A DNA stretch of 64,000 nt from Chiloscyllium plagiosum (lineage: Eukaryota): NCBI RefSeq assembly GCF_004010195.1, contig NC_057719.1, positions 10,699,341 to 10,763,340 of the forward strand. Direction: 5' to 3'. Made by a program: the position numbers and the translations under genes. Every line of letters begins with the position of its first letter. The first letter of the stretch is position 1. The notes under the pieces are model-generated. The model saw nothing but the letters and a program-made list of their open reading frames with translations, ran no database searches and was not told the DNA's origin. This document shows positions 23,497 through 35,266 of the stretch, one piece after another.

Positions 23497-23822
23497 GGGC
23501 GGGGCGGCACGGTGGCACAGTGGTTAGCACTGCTGCCTCACAGCGCCTGAGACCCAGGTTCAATTCCCGCTTCAGGTGACTGACTATGTGGTGTTTGCAC
23601 ATTCTCCCCGTGTCTGCGTGGGTTTCCTCCGGGTGCTCCGGTTTCCTCCCACAGTCCAAAGATGTGCAGGGCCAGGTGAATTGGCCATGCTAAATTGCCC
23701 GTAGTGTTAGGTAAGGGGTAAATGTAGGGGTATGGGTGGGTTGCACTTCGGCGGGGCAGTGTGGACTTGTTGGGCCGAAGGGCCTGTTTCCACGCTGTAA
23801 TGTAATCTAATCTAATCTAATC
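23497..23822 (+). mobile_element. HE1-type V-SINE, full length, young
   Basis: GGGGCGGCACGGTGGCACAGTGG head, B box GGTTCAATTCC, V domain, (TAATC)n tail. Confidence 0.92.
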
Positions 23823-23975
23823 AGTGTTTAAATAAATTGTGTTTTGTCTAATGTCCAGTTGTTTGACCAGTCGCATTGCATCTGAGACACTTTGCATTTA
23901 AAATAAAATAAGCAAGAAAATAAGAAAGTCTGGGTTACCGTCTTAAAATATTTTGAGAGGGTTTGGTCCATAACA
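23823..23975 (+). mobile_element. 3' part of LTR family A
   Basis: AATAAATTGTGTTTTG..GGTCCATAACA as at 19160 and 37734. Confidence 0.75.
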
Positions 23976-24959
23976 CCAGAATACAGCCACAATGGCTACA
24001 AGGAATAGACCACATCCTTCCTCTACTGCAGCCATTAAAAGAAGGTAAGATGAATTTTGAAATTAAACATAAATAAATGAAAGAAAAAAAAGAATGGGGC
24101 AGGCTTAGGAACCTAAACACTTGCTGCTTATCCTGCTGCCACCATCTTGTAATAATTCATGAATTTTTATTTACAAAATAATCTTGAAAAATCAAGGCCT
24201 TTTTGCTGCAAGAAGACAGGTTAAGGAGATTTAATAGATGTTTTAAACTATGAATGGCGAGCCACAGAAAATTATTTCCACTGTTTGGTGTGCTGTCAGA
24301 GACCAGGTAAAGGCTTAAGATTATCAACTGGTGAACAGAAAAGACTAAAAGGATCTGAATCACACAGAAAGCTTGAAGAATCCTTTAACCCTAGCACCCG
24401 TTGAGGAAGGCACACTTAATGTGAACTGAAAGAGAATAGAATTAGTATTTGGAAAGTAAGAATACAAAAGGTTGCAGCGAACATTGAAAGGAACTGGAAT
24501 TAGAGTAAGTAATTTTAGCTGAGGTACAACCATGAGCTCAGGCCCCTTGGACTTAAGGATGACCCCTTTGCATTGTAAATGGAATGATTCAGTCTGAAGC
24601 TGTTGGATTCTGCACCATCTTTGGTACTGACTCACGAGCTGCACATTATCACTAATCAGGGAATCTGCAACCACATCTGGTCCATTTGACATGCCTCATC
24701 AAATCTATGAGGCCTGCCATAATAATACTAAAATGCTTCAAACCCCTCCCTAAAGTCAAATCCCACCAACAAAACATAAAACCTTTGCAGCTGGAGATGT
24801 ATTTTGTCTTTGATAGATACAACTTAGTGCAGCATCTACATGAAAGACACTGCACCCAAAAAAAGCAACATTTATGTTTGTGAATCTGTTTGAAGATGAA
24901 TTCCATTGCATTAGGAGCTGTAGCTCAGTGCGTGGTATCTGAGTATTGGGCAAGAAAGC

Positions 24960-25270
24960 AAAAAGGAGACTTGCATTTCTAGGGTTGTAGTGAGACAGTG
25001 TTGCTCTTCTGGACATCTGCTTTCCACATGAAACGTTGAAGTGAGTTGTTGTCTGCCCTTTGAGATGGGTGTGAATGATCCTTTCGTGATATTTGGCAGA
25101 AGTAGGTTGTCTCTGACCAATGCTTAACCCTCAACCAAGATCACAAAATGAGCATTATTTGGATATTTCCAGTAGGTAAATTGTACAGAGTTTGCACAAT
25201 TCTTCAAACATCGTTTATTGTTTGGAAGGTATCTTGGGATATCCCCAGGTTAGGAAAAGGGACTTTCACA
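24960..25270 (+). mobile_element. DeuSINE-like relic
   Basis: ATGAAACGTT..GTCTGCCCT..GATGGGTGTGAATGATCC..CCCTCAACCAA. Confidence 0.45.
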
Positions 25271-25794
25271 CAGCATTATTAAAATAAAAGGATATACGTG
25301 AATTTCATCCTTTGTAAAGTATGCGGATGAGGATCTGGAATGCTATAATGTTCATAGCCATGGGCCAAATGCTGGAAAGTGGAATTAATGCAGGTAAGCT
25401 GGTTCAGACTCGATGGGCTGAAGGGCCTCATTTGTGCTATATGATTCTACACTTCACTAAAGGATAGAAATCCTAATTGTCTGCCTTCTGATCCAGCAAT
25501 TATTGAGACATTTATAATGATTAATACCTCATAGACTTCTCTATGGAAAACAGATCATAGGAAAATAAAAACCTTTTAAGTTCTATTGCAGATGAGAAGA
25601 GAGAACTAATTAACAGAAATAACAGCAGAACAGAGCAGCGTTTCAGTACTGTAGTATTTCAAGCAGCCTTAAAGATGGAGGATAAATAATCACGTGAAAA
25701 AGATGTGGTTGGAGAAATAATATTATCACAGCACACAGTGAATTAACATCAGAGATGAGCCAAATAGATCACAACCTTGGGCAAAGCAATTCTT

Positions 25795-26835
25795 AGATTT
25801 AAATTTAGATTTATTTGATATTGTCACCTGTACCTAAGTACAGTGAAAAGTGGATAGTGTTGCCACATTCTGGCACTATCTTGGATTACAGACTAAATTA
25901 TTGAATAAGTTGTATAAGTGATATAATACTGACTGAATTAATATTAAACTGATATTGCTAAAACTGAAACAGCTTCAAAAGTTCATCTTTCCCTTTCTGT
26001 AGACATCACCCTCTCTGCTCCTCCAGTTGCCACTGTCAGATGTTGTCCCCAGGGTCCTCCCAATGTGCTCCTTTTCTGTCACCACCAGTGCTCTTGCTTC
26101 CCCATCTGCATCCACATCCACTGTCTCCAAGCTGGAGGCGGTCACGTTGTGTGGGTCCCGCACCTCCTCTGGCACTGGACATCTACTGACAGAAGAAAGT
26201 GAGGGCTGCAGATGCTGGAGAGTCAGACACGAAAGGTGTGGTGCAGGAAAAGCTCAGCAGGTCAGGCAGCATCCGAGGAACAGGAGAGCTGATGTTTCGG
26301 GCGTAAGTCCTTCAACCCCACAGGAATGTGGGGGGGTGGAAGGGGAATGGGGCTGAGAAATAAATACGAGGGTGTGGGTGGGGCTGTGGGGGGAAGGTAA
26401 ATGGGAAGGTGAAAGGTAGGTGCAGGTGGGAGGTAATTGTGATAGGTCAGTGGGAGTGGTTGAGTGGATAGGTGGGAAGGAAGATGGAATGTTAGGAACA
26501 GTTCAAGAAGGTGGTGCCAAGTTGGAGGCTTGGAGCCGAGGTGAGTTGGGGCCGGGGAGATTTGGAAACTGGTGAAGTCAATGTTGGCAGGTCCTGGCTC
26601 TGGGTTTGCCAATGGGGTCCTGCTCCATCTTCTAAGGCAGCCACTGAGATGGAGTGGAATTGGAGATGCATGGGGTCCAGTCTTCTTATCAAAGGACATC
26701 AGGAAGAGGTTCAGGGCAACCAAAACAAAAAGATTGTGTGGATGTGGCTGGATCCACTGAATGAGCCCAAGAATGGCCGAGCCTCACACCAAGGAGCCAA
26801 GTGTTGCCATCCCAGTTGCCGCCATCTTGGATTAT
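25795..26835 (-). mobile_element. Non-autonomous Rex/Babar-like bipartite element
   Basis: 8-bp TSD CAATTCTT (25787-94 / 26836-43); minus-strand 5' CCAAGATGGCGGC; 3' CACTGTACTTAGGTACAGGTGACAATA(..AAATCT). Confidence 0.7.
26190..26590 (-). mobile_element. Penelope-like 3' fragment nested in the above
   Basis: NIDFTSFQISP + terminal unit GCAGATGCTGG..GCAGCATCC. Confidence 0.75.
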
Positions 26836-26849
26836 CAATTCTTCAAGGT

Positions 26850-27815
26850 ATAGAATTGTTTTCACAATCACTGAAGATAGCAGGAAAAATGACAAGGGCA
26901 GTTAATAAAGCAGTGTCCTCAACTTTATTAAGAGAGGCAGAGTGTACAAGTGCAAGGACTAGACATTGTACAAGACACTTGTTTGACCTCAGCTGGAGTA
27001 TTGTGTACAGTCTGTTTGCCACATAAGATGCGAATGTATTGGAGAGTACAGAAGCAATTTACAAGAACGGTTCCAGGAATAAGAAACGTCAGCCGTGAGG
27101 CCACCTCTAGGATAGGATAGAATCTAAAGGAAAGCTATAAGCTCCAAATGATGTAGGTGGAGTGGATAGGAAAGGGGCAGATGGAGTTCAATGAGGATTA
27201 GTGTGAGGTAATACACTTAGGAGGTCAAACAGTAAAAGGGAAAACACAATAAACTGGAAAATACTGAGATACTGGATAAAGTGAGAGATCATGGCATGCA
27301 GGTGTACAATTTCCTAAAGGTAGCAGTGTAGGTAGATTACATTGTAAAGAAGGCACGGTGGCACAGTGGTTAGCCCTGCTGCCTCACCGCACCAGAGACC
27401 CGGGTTCAATTTCCACCTCAGGCAACTGTCTGTGTGGAGTTTGCACATTCTCCCCGTGTCTGCGTGGGTTTCCTCCTGGTGTTCAGGTTTCCTCCCACAG
27501 TCCAAAAATGTGCAGGTTAGGTGAATTGGCCATGCTAAATTACCTGTAGTGGTAGATGTAGGGGAATGGGTCTGGGTGGGTTGATCTTCAGAGGGTCGGT
27601 GTGGACTTGTTGGGCTGAACGGTCTGCTTCCACACTGTAAGTAATCTAATCTAATCATTTGGTATGCTCTCCTTCCTTGGCAGAGGTTCAGAATATAAGA
27701 GTAGGGATGTAATGATGAAACTATATAAGACGCTGGTGAGGCACACAGTTAAGTATTGTGTGTAATTCTGGTCACTACATTAAAGGAAGGGTACAATTGC
27801 TCTGGAGAAAGGGCA
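26850..27815 (+). mobile_element. Two CR1 fragments, the second split by an HE1 SINE
   Basis: PQLEYCVQS; QMEFNED*CEVIH; FGMLSFLGRGSEYKSRDVM. Confidence 0.75.
27351..27656 (+). mobile_element. HE1-type V-SINE
   Basis: Head, V domain and (TAATC)n tail. Confidence 0.9.
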
Positions 27816-27934
27816 GGGAAGAAGGGTTACACCCAAAACATCAACTTCTCCACCTCCTGATGCTGCCTGGCTCGCTGTGTTCTGCCAGCCTCCTGCCTGT
27901 CTACTATGGATTCCAGCATCTGCAGTTTTATTTT

Positions 27935-28262
27935 GTCGCTATCTTTGGCAGCATGGTGATCCGGCCCAGGATTCCAATGGCCCGGTATGGTGATCTGCTC
28001 TCGCGGCATTTTCCATGGTATGATGATCCAGCCCAGGGTTCCAATGGCCTGAGATCTGTCTAGTTCCGTGTTGGCTTTCTGCAGCAGTGGACAATGTGTT
28101 TCCTGTCCTTTCCTTGACCAGCCGTGCATTGAACAAAGCTGGACTTTGTCTTAATTCTTTCTATATATAATTTCTGTTCTTAATCTAGATGCCAGAGTAT
28201 GGCGATTTAAACACTTTTCACTATATTTTTTGTAAAAATGCAAGTCACAATAAATTACTATT
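27935..28262 (+). mobile_element. 3' part of a Rex/Babar-like non-autonomous element
   Basis: GCCAGAGTATGGCGA..CACTTTTCACTAT..CACAATAAA resembles the tail of 25795-26835; internal ATGGTGATCC..CCAATGGCC repeats. Confidence 0.5.
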
Positions 28263-28434
28263 AAATTGGTGGTGAGCTGCCACTTTGAATTATTGCCGTG
28301 AATAAGCATTAAATTAATTCATTGTATCCGTTAGCGCTTTAATAATTTACTTTATAGATTACCTTTGAGTTTGCTTTTATTTCGCTCATTATGGGTGCAT
28401 ACATCTAATTCCTTATATTTGGTGAAATCAAGTG

Positions 28435-29405
28435 AGCCTTCTGTCTTTCAGATGAAGTCTTAAACCAAGCCCTGATCATCCTCTCAGGTAGATACGAAAT
28501 CTCACCCAGCATTAATATGAAGAACAGAAGAGTTCTCTGTGGAGACCTGATCTAAAATTATCCCTTGATTAACATCACAAAATAAGAGATGATTGGCCCA
28601 TGGTCACCTTGCGATTTGTGGGATCTTGCAGTGCGTTTGATTTATTCATGGGTTGTGGGGATCTTGGGTTGGGGCCAGCATTTATTGCCCATTGCTAATT
28701 GAACAGGAGAAGGTGGTGGTGAGCTGCCATTTTGAATTATTACAGTCCATGTGGGGTAAGGACACCCACGCTTCCATTCAGGAAGGGGTTGCAATGAAGG
28801 CAGAGTGAAACGGTTCCAAGTCAGGCTTGGCGAGTGGCATGGAGGGGAACTTGCAGGAAGGTGGTGTCCCCATGAATCTGCTGCCCCTGTCCTTCTAAAG
28901 GTCACAGGTTTGCAAGTTGCTGCCGAAGGAGCTTTGTTGAGTTGCTGCAGTGCCTGCTGTAGATGATGCACACTCCTACTACCCTGAAGATGAAGCTGAG
29001 AGAGTAAACAGTGCAGGTAGTTGTCGTGCCAATCAAGCAGGCTGCTTTGTCCTTGATGCTGTCAATCTTGTTGGAGCTACAGTCATCCAGGGAAGTGGGA
29101 AATATTCTATCACACTCCTGGCTTTTGCCTTGTCGATGGTGAACGGGCTTTGGGGAGTGAGGAGGTGAATTCGTCATTGCAAGAATCAACCACTGACTTT
29201 CTCTTACAGCCACAGTATGGCTGGTCCAGTTCAGCTTCTGGTCAGTGGTAACCCCACGGGATGCTGGAAATAATGGGTCCATTGTAGAAATTAGCTGCCG
29301 CATTTCAGACTTGTGGCGGCATTTCAGAAAGTAATTCATTTGCTGTAAAGCATTTTGGAACATACTGTGATTGTGAGAAAAACCCTGTATTACTGCAATT
29401 CTTCA
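28435..29405 (+). mobile_element. DeuSINE-like element split by a minus-strand LINE family 2 copy (28645-29280)
   Basis: TCTTTCAGATGA..CTCTCAGGTAGAT..GTGGGATCTTGC; resumes AAATTAGCTGCCGCATTT..TGTAAAGCATTTTGG. Confidence 0.6.
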
Positions 29406-30969
29406 ATCCTTTTTTAAATCTTTATTTCCATCAGTGTTCAGATCTGGTCCCCATACTGTCAGTATTTGTGTTTAAGATCTTGCAGTATTGTTGAAAGCAG
29501 ATTAGGTACCACTTCTGACATTCCAACACACCTTCCGCCCTCTCTGACGTCATTCATTATGCATTCAGTGTCCATGTGGGGGGGGGGGATCATCGTATAT
29601 GGGATCTTACTATGCTCAAATCAGCTGCCGCATTCATCCATGTAACAACAGTCAGTTGAATTGATTGCATGTGACGTACTGTGAGGTGTTTCTGGATGAC
29701 TTGAAAATATTAATTAGCTGTTATTGCAAGTTTGCGAGGAAGGAAATTGGATAATTTTGGGGAATGTTTGACTGCATCTGGGGAAAGGGAAGCAGAGTCA
29801 GTGGGCAGGATTTTATGGGGTGCCATTGTGCAACACCTAAACCCCCAATCCTTCCTTCCTCCAACCCCCAGCTGCTCCAGCCCCTAATAGACAGAAAATG
29901 TCAGGACTTGGGACCAGGGTTAACAACAGCAGCCTGCTGCTGGCAGATGATCACTGGGTGATGAGCAGGTCAGCTGATGAACAATATTTTCAATTATTTT
30001 AAACAAAAACCTATAAATTTCAATCCAGAATTCAAAGGTCGGAAGGACCATCTCACGTTTCTGTCACTCAGAAGTTGGAAATATGAAAAATTGCAATTTT
30101 AATACCTTGATCATTAATCCCAGTGTTGAATACTTGATGTGCAGGGTTTGCTCTGTGGTGTGGTGACTGCCCATATTTGGCCCATTTCTCTGAGCCATCT
30201 TTGAACAGTGGATTGAAGCATTAAGATCAGGCCTGATACAACTTGGAAGAAGATTTACATTTCTCAGTGTCCGAAAGGGACACTGTCAGTAGCAGGTCAG
30301 CGCTGATCAGCTCCATCTCCAGACATCAGCAGCAAAATGCCTTTCTCTGCAGAAATGTTCATTGTATTAAATAAATCACATCAATATTCATTACATTAGC
30401 TCTCAGGGTTCAGCTTGAGATGCGGCACTATTGAATCTTCCAAGGCCAGAGAGCAAGTTTCAGAATTGACCATGTCTTGGTATAGACTCACTTCTGACCC
30501 TCATTACCAAAGTCCCACCTACTTCCATCAAGTGAGGACGCATAGTGGGAATGGAATTTTGCTCTGTCATCTGATAAGATAATGTATGGCCTGGCTGAGT
30601 GACAAAATTATAATCCGCAGCTAGTTCTAGGCTAATTCTGCTCATCTATGAATGCGCCTACAAGCTCGAACCATCTTGGGATCTTAAATATATCCATTGG
30701 AAGTCTCAGAGCATCTGTTATTCAATGTAATATTTGCCTCTGTTCATGAAAAATACTGTTTGAGTCTGATTTCAATATTAAAATGAATGACATGAAAATG
30801 GCATTTAATTTCCAGTCAGCAGCATCACTGTGGGTGTCTGAAATTAGGTGAAGAGACTGGCAGGGAAATAAGCTTCTCACTCTGATGTCAGATTGTAATA
30901 ACCACATGGATACAGTGGTTCAACAGGATGGTTAGGCAAATCAAATACACCATAAAGGCCGACATTTTA

Positions 30970-32550
30970 TAGAGTCACAGTGTTGTATAGCACAGAAAGA
31001 GAACCTTTGGTCCAACTTGCCCATGCCAACCAGGTATCCTAAATTAATCTAGTCCTATTTTCCAACACTTGGCCCATATCCCCCTAAACCCTTCCTATTC
31101 ATATCCCATCCAGATACCTTTTAAATGTTGTAATTGTATCAGCCTCTGCCACTTCCTCTGGTAGCTCATTCCATACACGCACCACCCTCTGCGTGAAAAA
31201 GTTTCCCCTTAGGTCTCTTTTATATCTTTCCCCCCTCACCTTAAACCTCTGCCCTCTAGGTTTAGACTGCCCAACACTGGGAAAAAAGTCTATTCACCCT
31301 ATCCACGCTCCTCATGATTTTATAAACTCCTATATGGTCACCCCTCAGCCTCTGACACTGCAGGGAAAATAGCCTATTCAGCTTCCTATAGCTCAAACCT
31401 ATAGTGCTTCTGAGAACTTATAAAGGTCTGGTTAGGCCCCATTTAGAATACTGTGTCTAATTTTGGGCCCCACACCTCAGGAAGAACATATTGGCACTGG
31501 AGCGTGTTCAGCGGAGACTCACACGGATGATCCCTGGAATTGTAGGCCTAACGTACGATGAACGGCTGAGGATCCTGGGATTGTATTCATTAGAGTTGAG
31601 AAGGTTGAGGAGAGATCTAATAGAAACTTACAAGATAATGCATGGACACTGGAAAGTTGTTTCTGTTAGGCAGGGAGACTAGGACGCGTGGGCACAGCCT
31701 TGGAATTAGAGGGAGTCAATTTAGAATAGAAATGGGGAGACATTTCTTCAGCCAGAGAGTGGTGGGCCTGTGGAATTCATTGCCATGGAGCCCAGTGGAG
31801 GCTGGGACATTAAATGTCTTCCAGGCAGAGATTGATACATTCTTGATCTCGCAAGGAATTAAGGTTAGCGGAATTGAAATGCCCATCAGCCATGATTAAA
31901 TAGCAGAGTGAACTCGATGGGCCGAGTGGCCTTACTTCCACTCCTATGTCTTATGGTCTAACCCTGCAACCCTGGCAACACTATTGGAAATCTTTTCTGC
32001 ATCCTTCCAAATATAACCATACCTTTCCTACAGCCTGGAGACCAGAATTTTCTTTATTCTTTTATGGCAGGTGGGTAGAGATGACAGCTGGCATCATCAC
32101 CATGCCTGAGACTAGGATTATAAAGAGAGGCTGGATAGGATGGGACATTTTCGCTGGAGCATTAGGAGGTTGAGGGTTGATCTTACTGAGGTTAATCAAA
32201 ATCATGAGGGCTATAGATAAGGTGAATAGCAGATGACTTTTCCCTAGGGTGGGGGATTTCAAAACTAGAAGGCATATTTTTAAGGTGCGAGGAGAAAGAT
32301 TTAAAAAAGACATGCGAGGCAATTTTTTTTACACAGAGAATGGTTCATGTGTGGAATGAACTTCCAGAGGAAGTGGTGGATGCAGATACTGTTACAATGT
32401 TTCAAAGACATTTGGAGAGGTACATGAGTAAGAAATGTTTGGAGGGATATGGGCCAAGCGCAGACAGGTGGGACTAGTTTAGTTTGGGATTATGGTCGGC
32501 ATGGACTGGTTGGACGAATGGGTCTGATACTGTGCCATATGAATCTATTC
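30970..32550. mobile_element. CR1 cluster: minus copy 30970-32040 with plus copy 31400-31960 nested, then plus copy 32110-32550
   Basis: ALERVQRRLTRMIPG..LRRDLIETYKIM; typical CR1 3' ends. Confidence 0.9.
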
Positions 32551-32829
32551 CAGATTCTTTCATTACAAGTACATTGGAGCATGTCCCAGACCATTAGCTG
32601 AGGCTTCTGCATTCCAAGTCCACAATGCCACCTGCTTTCACTGAAGTTCTTGAGGTATCTGAGAAGTGGATGCGATAGTCTGGCTCATCACTCGCAGTAA
32701 CTCTGGCTCAATCCAAATGAGCGCCCTCCAGGTCCTTATCTCTGAGAGTGTCAGTCCATGCTGAAGGGGTCAGATTCTCTAATCAACTGCCTGCCCCAAA
32801 CATATGCCCCCTACTTTTCCTCCACTTTT

Positions 32830-33155
32830 TTTTATTCATTCATGTGGTAAGCCAGCATTTATTGCCCATCCCTAATTGCCCAGAGGGCAGTTAAGAGTCG
32901 ACCACATTGTTGTGGGTCTGGAGTCACATGTAAGCCAGAGCAAGTAAAGATGGCAGTTCCCTTCCCTAAAGGACATTGGTGAACCGGATGGGTTTTTCCG
33001 ACAGCTGACAATGAATTCATTGGGGCTCTTAATTCCAGATTTCTTTATTGAATTCAGTTTCCACCCTCTGCCAAGGCAGGATTCAAACCTGTGTCCCTAA
33101 AACAAAACCTGGGCCTCCAGATTAATACTCCAGTGATAATACCATTATCATCTCC
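32830..33155 (-). mobile_element. SINE family 2
   Basis: GCCAGCATTTATTGCCCATCCCTAATTGCCC..GGATTCAAACC. Confidence 0.75.
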
Positions 33156-33336
33156 CCTTAACAGCTCTATTTTTAAGGTAGAGATTGATAGATTCTTGAT
33201 TCCCAAGGAGATAAAAGATCGTCAGGGATATGCAGGAATGTAGAGTTGAAGTTAAAATCAGACCAGTTTCTGAGCTCTGAAGAGCTGGCCAGAAAGAGAA
33301 ATGGAGAGTGAGTGGGGGAGGAGTTGGGTGGGGGGG

Positions 33337-33385
33337 NNNNNNNNNNNNNNNNNNNNNNNNNNNNNNNNNNNNNNNNNNNNNNNNN
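33337..33385. other. Assembly gap
   Basis: Run of N between G-runs. Confidence 1.
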
Positions 33386-33931
33386 GGGGGATGAGAGAAT
33401 AGGGGCAAGTAGAAATAGAAAATTCAGTTGCGACTCATGAAAAGTATAAAGAAGGAGTAACTACTGACAGAAACCATTGGAAAACACATTTAAGACTAAA
33501 GGCAAAAGATGGGATATGGAAATAAAACACAGCCCAGGGTTGCAAATGCTGAAGGAATGGTGGAATAAAGACCAATAAAACCATCCGAATCAGAACTAGA
33601 GAGAAATGAAAAGTAATTACAGGCTACGGAGGAAGAACTGGAGAGTGGGATTGTATGGATAGCTTTCTTCAAGCTAAGGCCAAAAGATTGCACACCATCA
33701 TGCTGCAATATAAAGAATCTGAAAGGTGAACTGGAGAACAAAAGAGATGAGAGAAGGAATGGAAACAGGAAATTAAAGAGGGCAAAATAGTAAAGAAATG
33801 ATAATGGAAGAGAGAAAGCAGAATGAAATGAGAAAACAGACTTGAAATATTAACTCTGTTTCTCTCTCCACAGATATTGCCAAGTCTGCTGAGTTTCTCC
33901 ACTGTTCCCTCTGTTTATTTTAGTTTCCCAG

Positions 33932-34080
33932 CAGAATATGAGTTCCCTGACTGACGTTGCTAATCTGGTCCAATCAGGGAGCCCTGGCTGACATGTAAAA
34001 AAAGGAGGAGTGTCAGAGATACTGACACACTGATATCTGACTCTGAATGAGACAGTATTAAAGTTAAGGACTTTGCCTTG
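33932..34080 (+). mobile_element. Fragment of LTR family B
   Basis: GAATATGAGTTCCCTGA..CCAATCAGGGAGCCC..GTGTCAGAG as in 34734-34949. Confidence 0.65.
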
Positions 34081-34733
34081 ATCCTGCCCTCTTTGACAAA
34101 TATTAACAAGAAGGATTGTTTCTAGCAAGTCTGCTCAAGGATTATATTTGACATTGTCAGATTGCACAACAATAACTTGCCCACAATGGGCCCCAGCATT
34201 TCTAACCATTTTTGTGGTAATAAACTAACTGAGCCCATTTCACCAAAGAAAAATAAAATTCTGGATTAGCTTCAAGGAGCTCGGGGGGACAGGGTTGTAA
34301 GTGGAACATGTTGAGAGTTTAGCAAATGGAGGGTGGCATTTAAGACTTACTCAGTGTTTGCAAATGTGCATCTCCAACCAGTGATATCATTGTGTTGACA
34401 CAGGCAATGACTGAGTATCAATTGGTGCTTCCATCAGTTAAGGAATTAAAACCGCATGGATAGATTTTGCCTGGAACATGAGAACATTGCCGCTAGGTTC
34501 ATGTCAAATAAATTGTTATTTATAATGTCCAGTCAGCTCACGTTGGCCTTTCAGTCAACCTTACTTGGGCACACAGAGAAACGAATCTCATTTGTTTAAG
34601 TGTAGTGGTCAGGGAAAAGAAAGGACATCCTGCATATCCCAGGACTCCAGAGCGGAGGCATGGATCATAGTATTCTTTTCACGGCAGTTTTGAAGAGGTT
34701 TTTTTCTGGCAAATTAAAGAAAGGCTCATTCCC

Positions 34734-34949
34734 TGCTGTGATCGCAACAGGTTCATAGAATATTAGTTTTCTGATTGAGGTTGGTGATCTAATCCAATCA
34801 GGGAGCCCACGTTGACATATAAAAAAGGGGAGTGTCCAAGGTACTGACACTCTGGTACCTGCCTCTAAGTGAGGCAGTACTGAGGTCAAGGACTGCTCTT
34901 GTGTAAACAAAAGGTGATTTGGTGACAAGATGCCAGTGGAGTTATTTCA
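34734..34949 (+). mobile_element. Solo LTR (family B, Gypsy)
   Basis: TG...CA; perfect 5-bp TSD TTCCC (34729-33 / 34950-54); CCAAT and TATA-like motifs. Confidence 0.85.
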
Positions 34950-35099
34950 TTCCCCTTCAGTATCTCCGAGCTGGGAGGAGGAAGTTTGTTGTCTCTGATG
35001 TCTAGACTGCAAGATGAAGCAACAGTATATTGCACTCTACTTCAATTTGCTCTAATGACAGAGGTGTCAAAAGAGATAAACAGTGAAATAATGTACAAA

Positions 35100-35260
35100 C
35101 ATTCAATTTGATTTATTGCTGTCATGGGTATTGAGGTACAATGAGAAGTGCTGTCTTACATGCAGATCATACTATACAAGGCATTAGGGTAAGAAAGCAG
35201 AGTGCAGGAGACAGTGTTATAGCTGCCGACAAGTTACAGAGAGACATCAACATTAACGTT
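35100..35260 (-). mobile_element. Rex/Babar 3' tail fragment
   Basis: Reverse of ..TACCTCAATAC.CATGACAGCAATAAATCAAAT. Confidence 0.55.
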
Positions 35261-35266
35261 AAATAC

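Noticed and set aside
23497..23575. tRNA gene-like A/B boxes at SINE heads
   Set aside because: Continue into the V domain and tail; no complete cloverleaf or T-run terminator
25975..26175. 66-aa protein-like ORF (MPEEVRDPH...)
   Set aside because: Lies inside the TSD-bounded non-autonomous element; no recognisable family or splice context
33390..33930. Purine-rich stretch as a possible exon
   Set aside because: Frequent stops; ends in a Penelope terminal unit, so probably an old Penelope 3' region
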